From Narcine bancroftii (Eukaryota): DNA of 64,000 nucleotides. The notes under the pieces are model-generated. The model worked only from the letters and a program-made list of their open reading frames with translations. It was not told where the DNA came from and made no database searches. Below are positions 12,290 through 25,629 of the stretch, in pieces. The position numbers and the translations under genes were made by a program. Positions within the stretch are counted from its first letter, which is position 1; every line of letters starts with the position of its first letter. Location of the stretch: NCBI RefSeq assembly GCF_036971445.1, contig NC_091470.1, positions 187,736,001-187,800,000 of the forward strand, read 5' to 3'.

Positions 12290-13440
12290 CACCTCACCTC
12301 AGTCCCCTGCATCCCTCTCCATCCCCGTACATATCCTCCACTCCAGTCCCCTGACCCCTCTCTATCCCTATACACATCCACTTCTCCTGTCCCCTGCACC
12401 CCTCCCTCGCCCTGTTCACCACCTCCAGTCCCCTGCACCCCTCCCTATCCCAATACACATCCACCCCTCCTGTCCCCTGAACCCCTACCTAGCCCTATAT
12501 CCACCCCTCCTGTCCCCTGCACCCCTACCTAGCCCTACATGCACCCCTACCTAGCCCTACATCCACCCCTCCTGTCCCCTGCACCCCTACCTAGCCCTAC
12601 ATCCACCCCTCCTGTCCCCTGCACCCCTACCTAGCCCTACATCCACCCCTCCAGTCCCCTGCACCCTACCTAGCCTTGTACACCCCCTCCTGTCCCCTGC
12701 ACTTCTCTCTATCCCTGCACCCCTCCGTTGCCCTGTGCACCCTCTCCTGTCCTCTGCACCCCTGCCTAGCACTGAAGACCCCCTCCCTATCCCTGTACAC
12801 ACCCCCTCTCTATCCCTGTACACACCCCTTCCTGTCCCTACACCCCACCCCATACACCTCCAACTCTCCACCTATCTCTAACACACCTCCCTATACCTGT
12901 ACCCATACCCCTAAACTCTCCACCCTTCCCCAGCATTCCTCCCGATCCCTGTACACTCCCTACCCAACTTTCCACCTCTATCTCTGAAGCCCCCTCCAGT
13001 CCCTACATCCCTTCTTGACCCTGTATCACTCCTGACACTCCACCACTCCCAATCTCTGTAACCCCTCCTGTCCCTACATCCCTCCCTATCTCTGTAACCC
13101 CCTCCTGTCCCAACACCACTTCCCAGCTCTGTAACCCTTTCCTGTCCCTACACCCCTCCCTATCTCTGTCACCCCCTCTTGTCCCAACACCACTCCCCAG
13201 CTCTGTAACCCTTTCCTGCCCCTACACCCCTCCCTATCTCTGTTACGCCCTCCTGTCCCTATACCCCTCCCTATCTCTGTAACCCCCTCCTGTCCCTACA
13301 CCCCTCCCTGTCTCTGTAACCCTCTCCTGTCCCTAAACCCCTATCTCTGTAACCCCCCTCCTGCCCCTATACTCCTCCCTGTCTCTGTAGCCCACTTTTG
13401 TCCCTACACCCCTCCCAATCTCTGTTTCCTCCCTGACTCT
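12290..13440. repeat. C-rich compound minisatellite (about 38-bp and about 40-bp units)
   Basis: Repeated CCTGTCCCCTGCACCCCTACCTAGCCCTACATCCACCC, then CTATCTCTGTAACCCCTCCTGTCCCTACACCCCTCC variants. Confidence 0.9.
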
Positions 13441-15062
13441 CTACCCATCCCCAGCTCTATAAACCTTCCATTCCAACAAGGGAGGCAGGTGGGTGTAGCA
13501 GTGCCTTTTCAGCACCAGTGATTGGCACTGGAGTTCAAATCCCACGCTGTCTGCAAGGCGTTTGTATGTTCTCCCTGTATCTACGTAGATTTTCTCCAGG
13601 GGTTCTGGTTTCCTCCTACCCTCCAAAAGATACGGGGGGGAAGTTGTAGGCCAATTGGTGTAATTGGGCAACATGGGCTTGTGGGTTGAAAGGGCCTATT
13701 ACTGTGCCATTGTAGAACCCTAAAATAGTCATGTCCAACATTTTGTTGGATATATTCAGATAATTTTAAAAAAAACTTTCGGCCGGTGTTCGCTGAGTGA
13801 AAGCAGAGATTGGCGTTCCCCGGGGCCAGAGCGGAGCAACCAAAGTTAAAACGTGCCACAGTACCCCGCGGGTGCCCTTTGGTGGCCAGATGACCCAGTA
13901 CTGAGGCAGGCCACAGCGGCCGGCTCAACGCAGGATCAAGTGGCTGTCTCGGTTACCCGTGGATCCCCCGCCCACACTCTGTGTTTCTTTGGTGCTGGCA
14001 GAGCGGTGGGAGAATTGTGGGTGACAAAGGCGGCCATTCCTCCCGCATTGAGCTGCGAAATTCCAGAGTGGCCCCGTTGTTGAGAAAAATGGAGCCACCG
14101 AGTTTAACCCCACCGCTAACAAAAACTCTACATTTCCAGGTGGTTTTCATTGTGCCCTGAACTGTCTGTCACCTATCGGGAGTCCGGGACGAGTCTTCAC
14201 TGACAATGCGAACAGCTGGTGTTTCTGGTCTGTGCATCCATTGCTGCCTCGTCTAGTGTTGGAAGGGGGGGAGGGGTGACAGGTGGCCAGGGCTAGGAGT
14301 GAGATGGTCGGGCGAGCCGAGGAGAGCGGCGCCCAGGGCACGGTGCCTATGTGAGAGGTGATGAAAGATGTAGAAAGGTTGTTTTCCCACAGGACAGGAG
14401 GGCACAACTTCAGGATGGCCGGGCGTCCGCTTAGAATCGAGATGCGGAGGAATTTGTTGCCACGGGCGGTTGTGGAGGCCAGGTCATTAAGACGGAGGTC
14501 TGCCTGGGGGATCAAAGGTTACGGGGAGAGGGGCTGAGTGGGAAAATGCTCATGATTAAATGGCAGAAGCAGACTCAATGGGCTGAATAGCCTATTTCTG
14601 CTCTTGTGGTCTTGCCTTCTACTGCCTGGATGCCAATCTCTGGGTTTCTTCCCTGCCTCTCTCACCTCTATTCAATATCAACCTTGGAGGTGAAGAGCAG
14701 AGAGATTGTGTTATCATTAAAGTTATCATTGAGATGGGAAAAGGCTCACAATACAGCTGGGATGAATGAATCTGCTGAATTAGCCCCTCTGTGTTCACAC
14801 GCCAATTTTTAAAAAATTAAATTACATAAAACTTTTGCGGAGGTTGGATATCAAGAAAGCAAAAAATGATTCAATTCTGACTTATCCAATCCAATCTTTA
14901 ATGTAGACGTACAATGTGGTAACAGGCATTTCGACCCATGAGTCCGTGCCACCCAATTTACACCCCATTAACCTGCACCCCCAGTACGTTTCGAACGGTG
15001 GGAGGAAACTGGAGCCCCACCCCCACCCCAGGAAAATCCATTCAGACACGGGAAGAATGTAC

Positions 15063-15381
15063 TGTGAAAAATAATATAGAAATGTTTTTGGGAGATAAAT
15101 TGGGAAAGGTTTGTAGGGATAGGTTACATACAAACACTTTAAAACAGATCTTATTTGAAATACTGGAGACATAGTGGCTTCTAACACCTTTTTGCAAGAA
15201 CATTTGAAGAGTGCTCTAGAGATGTCACGAATGGGTTCTTGTTTACCCAAAAACAACAGATGAAAGAGAATGCTGGCTCCTATGGTCTGCAGGAGACTTG
15301 CTGTTGTAAGAGGGTTGTGTGGTTTTCCAAGCAGAGAGAGCTTTCTTTCAGATTCGGGGGGGGGGGGGGGGTGGGGGGGGG

Positions 15382-15413
<32 letters not shown>

Positions 15414-16017
15414 GCAGAGATCACTTGACTGTTGCTGGGACTGGTACAGGACAAGACAGTCTGGTCGAAGCCCTTATGGTTCATGCAAGAAGAGAGGACT
15501 GGCTGCCTGTATTGGAATAAGTGAAACAGAAAGGAACTCTGTGGTGACCTGAAAGAAAGAGGTTATCATCTGGAGAACCCTGAAGGGGCAAGTTTCATCA
15601 GCAAGAGACTGAGTGGCTATGGAAGTTCCTCAGTGTGGGTGTTTGGAACAATAAATCTCTCTCTGAAAACTGACGAGAACCTTCCTGAGCAGTAACCATT
15701 TACCTTTCGAGCACCAAAGCCTGGTGAACTTTATCAATGTTAAATTGTGTGCACAGTGTAAGAACTGCCTGCAACCAGTGAATTTGGAGGAATGAGAAGT
15801 GAGATTGGACTGTGAACCAAAGAACTTTTCTGAACTTACACATACATTACACGCACGTGCGCATAGAATTAGAAGGGGGTTAAGTAAGTCAATAGAGATA
15901 AGTTAAAGTTTGATCCTGTTTCATGTTCAAAGATAATTAAACACAACTTTTGTTTAAGTAACCATTTGTCTTGGTGAGTATCGCTGCTGGGTTTCAGGGT
16001 CCTCTGGGCTCATAACA
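15063..16017 (-). mobile_element. Solo LTR of the TGTTACGAGCCC family, inserted in a SINE
   Basis: TG...CA ends; homologous along its length to 27320-28367 and 49833-50569; no clean TSD. Confidence 0.8.
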
Positions 16018-17488
16018 ATATATTGGCTCCTTACAGATTTGAACCCCAGTCCCAGATTGCTGACTGCCACGCCCGCCGTCCCATTCTTTCTTTGGCAGAA
16101 GCTGTCGAGAGGAAAAGTGGGCTTCACAGGATGAGCCAGAATTTAGGTGCCCGTCCCTAACTGCCTTCTGAACCTGAGGAGTGGGTCGACCCACAATGGA
16201 GTCAGGGAGAGAGGTCTGGTATTTGGACCCTGCAAGAGAGATGTTTCCATGTCGGGACAGCAGGTGGATTGGAGGACCGATTCTGGGCAGTGGCGTACCC
16301 CATGGTTTTGATGTCCTTGTCCTTCTAGCTGGTAGAGGGGGTGGGTTTGAAAGGTGTTGTCCAAGGAGTCTCGGTGAGTTAGTGCTGTGCATCCTGTAGG
16401 AGATGGTACAGACAGCATCTACTGGGGTCGGAGTGTGCCATTATCATCTTGTAGAGTCTTCCAATGCTGGGTCATAGGCATTACTCATCTGGGCTTCGTC
16501 AGAACCAGCCAGACGAATATAAAGTCCTCAGTGAGTAATGTATGTAATAGTCGATACCGTTTACAAATCGACCCCTCCCCCCACTTTTGGCCCCAGCCTA
16601 GGCCCCAACAGCCCGCCTATCCGAGCTCTTGATGCCCCAAATGATGAAGGTGCTTGACACAGTCAAAAGTAGGATGTGTGTAATATTCAACCCCCCCTTA
16701 AATTTTACACTAAACATTTGGTCCACAAAATGTGACTATTACACGGGTCAATTACACTTGTTTGAAGATGCTGATATGCCAGCATTTAATGCCTATCCTT
16801 TTCTGCTCTCTTTCACGTACAGTTAAAAGTCAACCGAATTGGATTAATGGAGATCAATGTTATTGTACAGATCGTTCGGCCCACAAAGTCTGTGCTGACT
16901 CATTTCCATCAATTCTATTTTATTGTCCCCTGGTCTCCCAGATTCTATCCCTCACCTTCACCCCAAGGGCAACTAACGGTGGCCAATTAACCCACCCACC
17001 TGAACATCTTCGGGACGTGGGAGGATCTGGGGGGGGGGTTGGAACCCCTCATGGTCACCAGGTTAGGGGTGGTGGACAGAGAAGAAAATGGCAGCATTGC
17101 CTCTGGTGCAAGGCTGTGAAGAGAAGGGAGGGGAGAACCAGCACTCCTGTGGGGTCCAACCGTCCATTCCGACTGCCGTCAGCTCCGCACGGCCTGGAAA
17201 TAGAGTCGATGTAGAGGAGACCACAGCAGGGGATCTCTGGCCCAGGATCAATCGGGAAGTTGGGGGGGGAGGGTAGTAGTAATCAGATTGCACAGTCTCC
17301 TCCAGCTCTGGATACTCAGAGGATGGGGGCGACCACTCCCTGGTGCCACTCAAAGGTTGGGTTTGAGGAGTCCTGTCACCAGCAGGTCGATGGTAGGCCG
17401 TTGGAGCAGGATGGCAGGTGCAGTGGAGGCAAGGAGGCGGGTGTTGAATGCCGCAACGGATTGGCTTGCTCTGGTAATGTCACAGCCC

Positions 17489-17579
17489 TTACAGGGTCCT
17501 CCCGTACCTGGCTGCACACAGGGGCGCCCCCAGAGCCTGGTACCAGATCTCATTCCGCCTTCCAAACAGTCTCAGAGGG
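17489..17579 (-). CDS. SOUL/HEBP2-like gene, coding exon 6 (last)
   Basis: Acceptor ttcccatcctgcag; reads (S)PLRLFGRRNEIWYQALGAPLCAARYGRTL*, matching the SOUL C-terminal SP...RxNEVW motif; phase 2 fits the preceding exon. Confidence 0.9.
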
Positions 17580-17699
17580 CTGCAGGATGGGAAAGACAGG
17601 GCACTCAGTGAACAGCAGAAGTTCCATCCCCTCCTGGTATAGAGGGCAGCACCGGCCACCTGGTGAAGGGGTGGGTGGACTGTCCTCGTTCTTTGTCTG

Positions 17700-18625
17700 T
17701 ACTCGCACCCAAACACTTTCCAGCATACCCATCTCCTCTCCACCTCCAGCATCATGCCTCTGCATCCTTCATCCCCCTCCTGCACCCCACTTGGACCCTC
17801 CTGTACCTCCTCAAATGCTCCCATACCCCCTTGGACACTACTATTCCCCCTGACCTTCCTGCACCTTCTCGAACCCTCCTGTCCCCCCTCAGACCCTCCC
17901 ATACCCCCTTGGACCCTACCATTCCCCCCCCACTGACTCTCCTTGAACCCTCCTGTCCCCCCCTCTGAACCTCCCTCACCACCCATGAAACTCCTGCACC
18001 CTCGGACCCTCCCTCACTCTCATTGTACCCTCCTTCCCCTTATAGCCACCCACATGCCCTCGGACTCTCCTACCCACATCTTCTATACCCTCCCAGCACC
18101 CCAGACCCTCCCACCCTTCTTGGGCCCTCCCGCACCCCCATGGACACTCCCACCCTACACCATTCCGTTCCCAGAGGACCCTCCACCATCCTGCACCCAC
18201 AGACCCTCCAACACCCACTTGGACCCTCCTGTCCCCTTGCTCTCTGCCCCTCCCCCAGCTCTCACCCCCCCCCCACTCTCCTGCCCAACCCCCCTGGAAC
18301 CTCCTGTATATACCCCTCTACCCTCCTGCACCCCCACAGAACCTCCCTCGAACCCTTGGACCCTCCTCCAAACCCTCCATCCCCCCCCCAACAGGACCCT
18401 CCCGCCACCTCTCGTAGCCTCACGCCACCTCTCGTAGCCTCACGCCACCCCCTCAGATGTTCCTGGACCCCAGCGTACCTTCCTGCACCACCGGAAACTC
18501 CCGCAATCTCCGTGAATCCTCCCGAAACACCCTCGGCCCCTCCCCAGCCCCCTCTTGTAATGTCGTTTCAACACCACCAGCGCCAATCCTCCCCCCCACC
18601 CCCCGCCCGCCCTATACCCCTCCTC
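17700..18625. repeat. C-rich (G-rich on the sense strand) low-complexity intronic tract
   Basis: Degenerate CCCTCCTGCACCCC and GGACCCTCC units filling most of the last SOUL intron. Confidence 0.8.
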
Positions 18626-18628
18626 CAC

Positions 18629-18786
18629 CTGCTGTACTCAGCGACGTAGAAACGATCTCGCAGGAAGCTCTCTCTCTGCCGGAGCAGGTCCTCGAACAAC
18701 TCCTGCGCCTTGCGCTCAAGGCGGAAGAGCAAAGCGCCCGCTGGCCGAACGAACAGGACCTGTCCGGGAGCATGGCTCAGGTACAC
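18629..18786 (-). CDS. SOUL/HEBP2-like gene, coding exon 5
   Basis: Acceptor ccttctgcag; VYLSHAPGQVLFVRPAGALLFRLERKAQELFEDLLRQRESFLRDRFYVAEYS aligns with the HEBP2 segment VFIEDR..TVFVRSF...VYYTAGYN; 158 nt; weak donor AG|GTGGAG. Confidence 0.88.
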
Positions 18787-19264
18787 CTGCAGAAGGATAG
18801 CAGCTAGTGTAAGTGTGTGAGGGTCTCTGTTCAGAGGGGCGGGCTTTCTCAGGGTGGGTTGGGAGCTGTAGTTTGACATACCAGTGGAGCGGTCGGTGGG
18901 CGAAATGATGGGGGTACCCCGGCCTGGGAATATCGCAGATCCCGACTCCAGGGGAAATGGGGACGAGCAAAGTGGGGTGCCAGGGGTGAAGACTCCCGGC
19001 ATGGGGGGGGGGGGGGAAAGGAAGGTCTGCGTGGATCTGGGTCGAACCGGGTGTGCAGGGTGAGTGTGCGGTGGGCTCCAGATGTGCAGGGAGGCTCTGG
19101 GGTAAGCTCCAGTTGTGGAAGGAGGGGCTGGGTGGATTTCAGCTGAGGAAGGAGGGGCTGAGATGATCAGGAGTGGAGAGAGGTAGGGTCTGGGGGTAGG
19201 GGTCTAAACATGAAGGGAGAAGCGGTGAACTGTGGATTTTGGAGGGTCATGTGGGGTCTTCATC

Positions 19265-19700
19265 TGGAACCTGGTGGAGTGTGGGTCGTGGAGGGCGATG
19301 TGACCTCTCCGCCTGGTAACTGGTGGGAGTGTGGGTCATGGAGGGTCACGTGACCTCTCCGCCTGGAACCTGGTGCGAGTGTAGGTCGTGGAGGGCACGT
19401 GACCTCTCCGCCTGGTAACTGGTGGGAGTGTGGGTCATGGAGGGCGATGTGACCTCTCCGCCTGGTAACTGGTGGGAGTGTGGGTCATGGAGGGTCACGT
19501 GACCTCTCCGCCTGGAACCTGGTGCGAGTGTAGGTCGTGGAGGGCACGTGACCTCTCCGCCTGGTAACTGGTGGGAGTGTGGGTCATGGAGGACCACGTG
19601 AGCTCTCCGACTAGAACCTGGTACGAGTGTGGGTCGAGGAGGGTCACGTCACCTCTCCGTCTGGAACGTGGTGGGAGTGAGGATCGTGGAGGCTCATGTA
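19265..19700. repeat. 49-50-bp minisatellite, about 8-9 units, with higher-order structure
   Basis: TGACCTCTCCGCCTGG recurs at 19301, 19351, 19400, 19450, 19500 and 19549. Confidence 0.93.
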
Positions 19701-21029
19701 ACCTCTCTGCCAGGGACCTCCTGGGAAGTCGAATCACCCTCCGATCAGGGGCACAGTGCTAATATTTTAGGTGCTGGAGCTCACCAGAAATGATCAAATA
19801 TCCTCATGTTATTAGGGGCATTCTCCCCTCTCACCACAGCCAGAACCCCCTCTACAACTCCCACCCAAACACCCGCTTCTGTAAAATCCCCAGTCCTCAG
19901 AGTCGGCGTCAGAATAAATCTAATAGAGGGGCATTAGGGTAACTGTGGGGCGGTGGGGGGGGGGGGCGTGGGCACAGGTGTATCTACTCAAAATAACGGT
20001 GACAAGGCGGTACCTTGGTGGCCATCAATTTGAATTTAGCGTTGTATAATTGAAAGCGAACGGTATGATGAGTGTGGAAGAAGCAGGTTCCTTGTATGTC
20101 CAGAATAGTGTTCAGCGAGCGTGGATGGGGGGGGAGAAAGACCCTGACCCTGCCTGTATTTAATATGTGGCCACTGTTAAATTCCCCACTTATTTATTTT
20201 GCCTTTTTCTTTAATAAATGGAGGCGCCAGCGCTCCGCACCCTCCTGCGCCAATCAAGATTGGACTCTAGCCACTTGACCACTGGCCCCTTTAATCACTC
20301 ACTGATTATCTCGTCCCCATCTTACTGCAGTTTAAAAGACCACCACATGCCGCCAATCTGATCACGTCTAATGAGGGCTGTTCCATGCCAGGCCGTGGAA
20401 AGGTAAGGTGGTAAGGTGTGCACTACACTGAGAGTGGAACCGTAGTATTGTATGGGAATACTTGGCGTTGAACTGTACTCCAGAGGTACAGGGAAATCGG
20501 GAGTGTATGTTAAAGTCCCTGTCTTGTAAGAGTGTGTTAGTTACCAGATATTTCTGCACAAGTGAGGGAGGACTGTGTCCGATGTGAATGCCTATCACAG
20601 TTTTAGTTGCTCTGTTTCTTCCCTGTGATCATCCCTTGTTTGTTAGCTGGACTCACTTATCTGTGAACCCAATTTAAATCTCACGGAACAGGTTGGGACA
20701 CACTGGAAGCGGAAAGAGGTCATCTCCAGCTCGAGAGAGTGTCTGAATTGGGCTCCAGATGTGGAGGGAGGAGTCGTCCTGATCTCCAGCTGCAGAGGCC
20801 AGAGAGGGCGCGCTCCAGATGTGTGGAGAGGGAAATGTGCCAGGACCCCCCCCCCTCCCCAAAACGGCCAGCATCAAGGTCAGGATCGAACCCAGGTCCT
20901 TGGTGTTGTGAGGCGGTGTTTGGCGTGGGGAGGGAGTGGTGGGGGGGGGGGGAGAGAGAGAGGAATCTGGGGATGGTAGGGAGGAAGGCAACCCTAGGTC
21001 CCGGGCATCCACTGGAAGAATATACTCAC

Positions 21030-21163
21030 GAGCTCGTCCCGGGGAAGCGGAGGGTTTAAAAGAAACCGTCTGGGCAGCAAGAAGAAAACAGCCATCGGCC
21101 TGGGGTCACCATTGAGGCTCGTGTAGAGGGTCAGGATGGGTGCCGTCCGCTCAATCTGTATTC
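21030..21163 (-). CDS. SOUL/HEBP2-like gene, coding exon 4
   Basis: Acceptor ctgattcctcag, donor GTGAGT; (G)IQIERTAPILTLYTSLNGDPRPMAVFFLLPRRFLLNPPLPRDEL matches the SOUL MTAPV...FxLP...PPxPxD motif; 134 nt. Confidence 0.9.
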
Positions 21164-22412
21164 CTGAGGAATCAGGAGTGAATTCTTAGGAATAAGTATC
21201 TCCAGTGACCTGATCTGCACCAAGGACGTTTCCTTGGTTAAGAAAGCTTCAAAGTCTCCGCTTTCTCAGAAGACAAGGGAGATTCGGCATGTCTCGCCAC
21301 TCTGTCCAAATGCCAGAGGCTTGAAACGGCCTGTTAAAGGATCTGACAGCACTGGCATCACTCTGGGGCGGGGGGGGGGGGTGGAGGGTGCGGACCGCAC
21401 CGGGTGACTCCATCAGTCAGGGTGACACCACAATGACTGTAAAATTTCTGTTCAGTGTTTTGGCAGAAATGTATTATTTTTTATAAAAATATCCCTGTTG
21501 TTCGTTATAACAACAAAAACATTTTTCGTCAGCCCAGTTCCATGCATCAAGACTAAAACTCAAGGCTCATTTATGTTTTGAACCTCCGGTCAGAGCGGTC
21601 ATCACAAGCCAATGACGATGACGTTTTGAATCATGGGGGTTTCCGTCTGCGCACAAAAATCAGCAAACGCTGTGTTTTTGTTGCTGCTGGGATTTTTACA
21701 GTCGCTGCTTTTGACACATTTTCTAGTGTTTTAGCGACATTAGTATTTGGGAACCGAGATCACTAACTTTTTTGAGTTCTGAGTGGGACCTAGCCCACTT
21801 CAGGGCACAGGCTCTGATTTTATTTCTTGTGATCACGCAGCAGCCTTGCCTCTGCTCGAGCACCCCTCCTGCGACGTCATGCTCCCACTCTGGCCAATGA
21901 GTGATCCCTCTTCTCGCTAATCATTGTTTCTTTGTCATCTTTCTTTGGGCACCCTCATTCTTTCTCCCTCTCTTTCCAACTTCTTAATTGTTCCCGCTGC
22001 TGCACGGTTGGTCAAATCCCTTGGCCGCTTTGATGACTTTTCACTTAAAGCTGTCTTCATTTCGCTGGAGGCTCCATGATGACACCCACCTGCCGGTCAC
22101 ACCAGCTCAGTTCACACGCGTGTTTTTTTCTTGTGGGGGGGGGGGAATCATCTTCTGCACCCGATATAAGATGAAACCGTGAAATTCAGGCTGAGAGTGG
22201 GGACCTGTTTTATCTGAAGGTCAACTTATACTCCAAAATATATACCATCACCTCGTCTCTTTGTTCTACAACACTCCCAGGGTCCTACCAGTCACTGTGT
22301 ACATGCCCGGGTTAACCTACCAAGGTGCAGCATTACTCTTGTTCAAGTTCAATTCCATCCGCCATTGCAGAGCCCACTTTCTCAGTGCATCTCAATCCTG
22401 TTGTAATCGCAG

Positions 22413-23270
22413 TGTTACGAGCCCAGAGGACCCCAAACCCCAGCAGCAATAGACAAATGGTAACTTAAACAAAAGTTGTTTTCAATTATCTTTAAACATG
22501 AAAATAGAATCACACTTCAACTTAACTCTATTAACTTAACTAACCTAACTTAATCCCCTTCTAATTCTAAGCGCGTGTATGTAATGTGTGTGTGTAAGTT
22601 CAGAAAAGTTCTTTGGTTCACAGTCCAATCTCACTTCTCATTCCTCCAAGTCACTGGTTGCAGGCAATTCTTATACTATGCACACAATTTAACCTTTAGA
22701 AAGTTCACCAGACTTTGGTGCTTGAAAGGTAAATGGTTACCGCTCAGGAAGGTTCTTGTCAGTTTTCAGAGAGAGATTTGTTGTTCCAGGACATCCACAG
22801 TAGATTCCTTTTTAATCAGTCACTCCAGTGTCTTGCTGAAGAAACTTGCCCCCTCAGGGTTCTCCAGATGATTACCTCTTTCTTTCAGGTCACCACAGAG
22901 TGCTTTTTTTGTTTCTCTTATTCCATGTGAAACGTTAGGTAGCCAGTCCTCTCCTCTTGAATGAACCACAAGGGCATTGACCAGGCTGAACAAAGCACTT
23001 ACAAACCCATCTTCCAAATGGGGCTTTCCCCAAGCTTGCCAGCTTGTCCTGTTCCAGTCCCAGTTGCTGTTGCTGGCTGTAACACTGTAAAAGTGATCTC
23101 CGTCTGTCTCTCAGAAAAAGCCTGTTTGACTCTCTCTGCTTACAAAATCACATGACCCTCTTCAAACAACTCCAGACAATCTGCAGCTCCAATGAGATAT
23201 TTCATCTGTTGCCTTTTGTAAACAACAATCCTCTAGTGAAGTCTCTTGGGCACTCTCCAAAGCTCTGCCT
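22413..23270 (+). mobile_element. Solo LTR of the TGTTACGAGCCC family; 3' end not resolved
   Basis: Starts TGTTACGAGCCCAGAGGACCCC and is collinear with the 27320 copy. Confidence 0.78.
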
Positions 23271-25629
23271 TGGCCGTGGCTGGAAAACGTCTGGCATTAT
23301 CTTGGACAGTGGAAATGAGATCTTGTATTCCACTGGAAAAGATAACATATAATTTCCCTAATAATTATCCCTTTTTTGTTAAAACCTGGAGCCCGTATGT
23401 GGAATATGTGCAATTAAATTATTAATTCTTTTTCACCATGCATTGGTGGTGGTGCCCCAAACCATGCAAATTATGAAAGGGTGTTATGTTACTTCATCTC
23501 TTAATTTTCTTTCTTTTTTGAGGTGGTTTAGAGGGGTGTTGGGGTTTGTAAAGGGTTAAAATCCTATGTCTGTATTTTATTATTAAATAAATTTTTCAAA
23601 AGGACTCTGACTTTGTACATTGATTTTTTTTTTCTTTTCTCTGTAATGCACAGATGATTTTCACATTTATTAGTTTACACAGGGTACAGTTTTATTTGCA
23701 CTACTAAGAAGTGGTTATTCTACCTCGCCCTGCAGGAAAAAGGAACGCGACGTCACGTATGTAATTCTTCCAAGAAATCTGAATCCTGGCTGTATGACAG
23801 ATTCCTGGCTGGATCTATAAATACGGTGAAGGCTAATCGAGTCAACGCTTGCCTGTCAGCATTGGGCTCAACGTGGGAGCTGCCGTTTGCCTTGCCGCCC
23901 CACGGAATAAGTGCCTGGCCAGTCTCCCTCTGCACACCCTGAGCTTGGAGGGTGTCCAGGGGCCGAATGACTAAGCACCGGATGGAAACAGAGAATAAAG
24001 GTTAAGGAGCTAAAATAGAACTTCTGAGGGAATCGGAGAAACATGGAGACAGGGGTTGACTTATTGGTTGAAGGGTAATAGTAAGCTGCCGTCTGGTACT
24101 GTATTGAGAGGGGTTTATATACAGGTGTCCTGGAGTGATTTTTTATATTTAGACATACTGCACGGTGACAAGCCTCTTTGGACCACGGGTCCGTGCCGCC
24201 CAATTCACACCCCATTAACCAACACCCCCAGTACGTTTTGGAGGGTGGGATGACTCCGGAGGTTCCCCCCCTCCGGGGAAAACCGGCGGAGACACGAGAA
24301 GAACGTACAAACACCTCGCAGACAAGTCAGGAGTTTGTAAACTCCTTACACCGCGGGATCCCGATCGCTGGCGCTGTCGGGGGGCGGGGGCGCCAGAATG
24401 AATGTCAGGTGGGGCATTAGCGTGCTGGGTGGGATGCTGTTAACTTAGGTGACGAGAGCACTGCTCTTACGGCGTCAAGCATTAACAGACGCCGGGGTGC
24501 GGGTGGCATGCTATTGAAGGTGGGGGGGGGGGGGGGGGGGGGGGGGGGGGGCGGGGGGGGAGGATCTGACGGCGAGCGATGGCACCTGTTCCCTGACAGG
24601 TATTTGGGGTCACGTAGAGAGAATTTGGTGTGGTCAAATTTGCAGTACTCTGGGCAGTTTTGGTCACCTAACTCCAGGAAGGAAATGAATAAGATTGAAC
24701 GAGTGCAGAGATTATAGAATGTAATAGAACAGAACGTGTAATATTACACGAAATTGCCCCCTGTCTCCCATAAGTCAAAGAGACTTATGTTGCCCGGTGC
24801 CCCTTACAGTAAGAGAGAAGCAAAAGAGAGTCCCTTCAGAGGGACTGAGCGTGCATGGATTCGTCTCCAGCGTCCCCGCGGCTTCTGTAGACCCCCCTGT
24901 TCGATCCATCGATGACCCAAGCTTCAGATCCGAACGGGAGGTCTTCAGCCGCCCGATGCCCTTCTTGCCATCCTCTGGAATCCCGTTACCCCGGGTCACG
25001 CAAAGTCAAGTCGGCCTCCACCTGCGGGGGTCCCTCAGCTGCTGAGCCCCCGCCTCACCTTCCCCGTTGGGTCGCACCCCCCCCCCCCCCCGCTTCTCCG
25101 TGGTGGTGGGAGGGGGGATTCTCCCCGTTTATGGTGCCCCCCCCCCCCGGAGCTTACGACGACCCCCACCCTCGTGGCCTCTGTCGAGCACAGGCGCCGC
25201 CACCTTGGGAGCGGACCCCGCGGTGGTAGGGTTTTACTGACAAGCACCGTCGGCCCCTCCAACGGTAAAACCCGTGCAGAGCTTTTTTGGGGAAACCTTT
25301 GGAGCAGCGCCGCGTCTCCGTTCTCCCGGGGCCACAACAGCGTTGCCATTTTGTGTAAGTTGTGCGAATGCAATAGATTGTTCGCAAAAGAACCCTTCTC
25401 ACGGCACAAGGTGAAATAGGAGCTGGAGTCAGCCATCCTGCTCCGCTGCTCGGAGATCACAGGTCGTGGTCCACCTCCCTGTCTCCCCCCGCCACCCAAC
25501 TCTCTGTCATGAGGCAGTCTCCACGGCTTCCCTGTGCAGAGAATTCCACCTCTTTCCAGGGAAAAGCACTTTCTCCTCATCTCAGTCCTGAATCTACTCC
25601 CTGGAATTTTGACCTGAGGTCCCCAAGAT

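Noticed and set aside
12213-12987. Pro-rich ORFs (also 17943-18649, 33897-34487 and 35021-35629)
   Set aside because: They are translations of C-rich low-complexity DNA with no splice or homology support.
18457-18807. Plus-strand ORF with a helical-looking segment (EQVLEQLLRLALKAEE)
   Set aside because: It is the antisense shadow of SOUL coding exon 5.
19265-19700. Regular repeat array resembling a CRISPR array
   Set aside because: There are no unique spacers and no cas genes, and the context is vertebrate. It is a minisatellite.
18882-20830. Chain of phase-compatible exon-like pieces on the minus strand (HIWS repeats, RLAACGGLLNC, DWGFYRSG)
   Set aside because: The SOUL exons at 21030 and 18786 join directly and match the family alignment with no gap. 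The chain needs weak splice sites and a homopolymer frameshift and resembles no known family.
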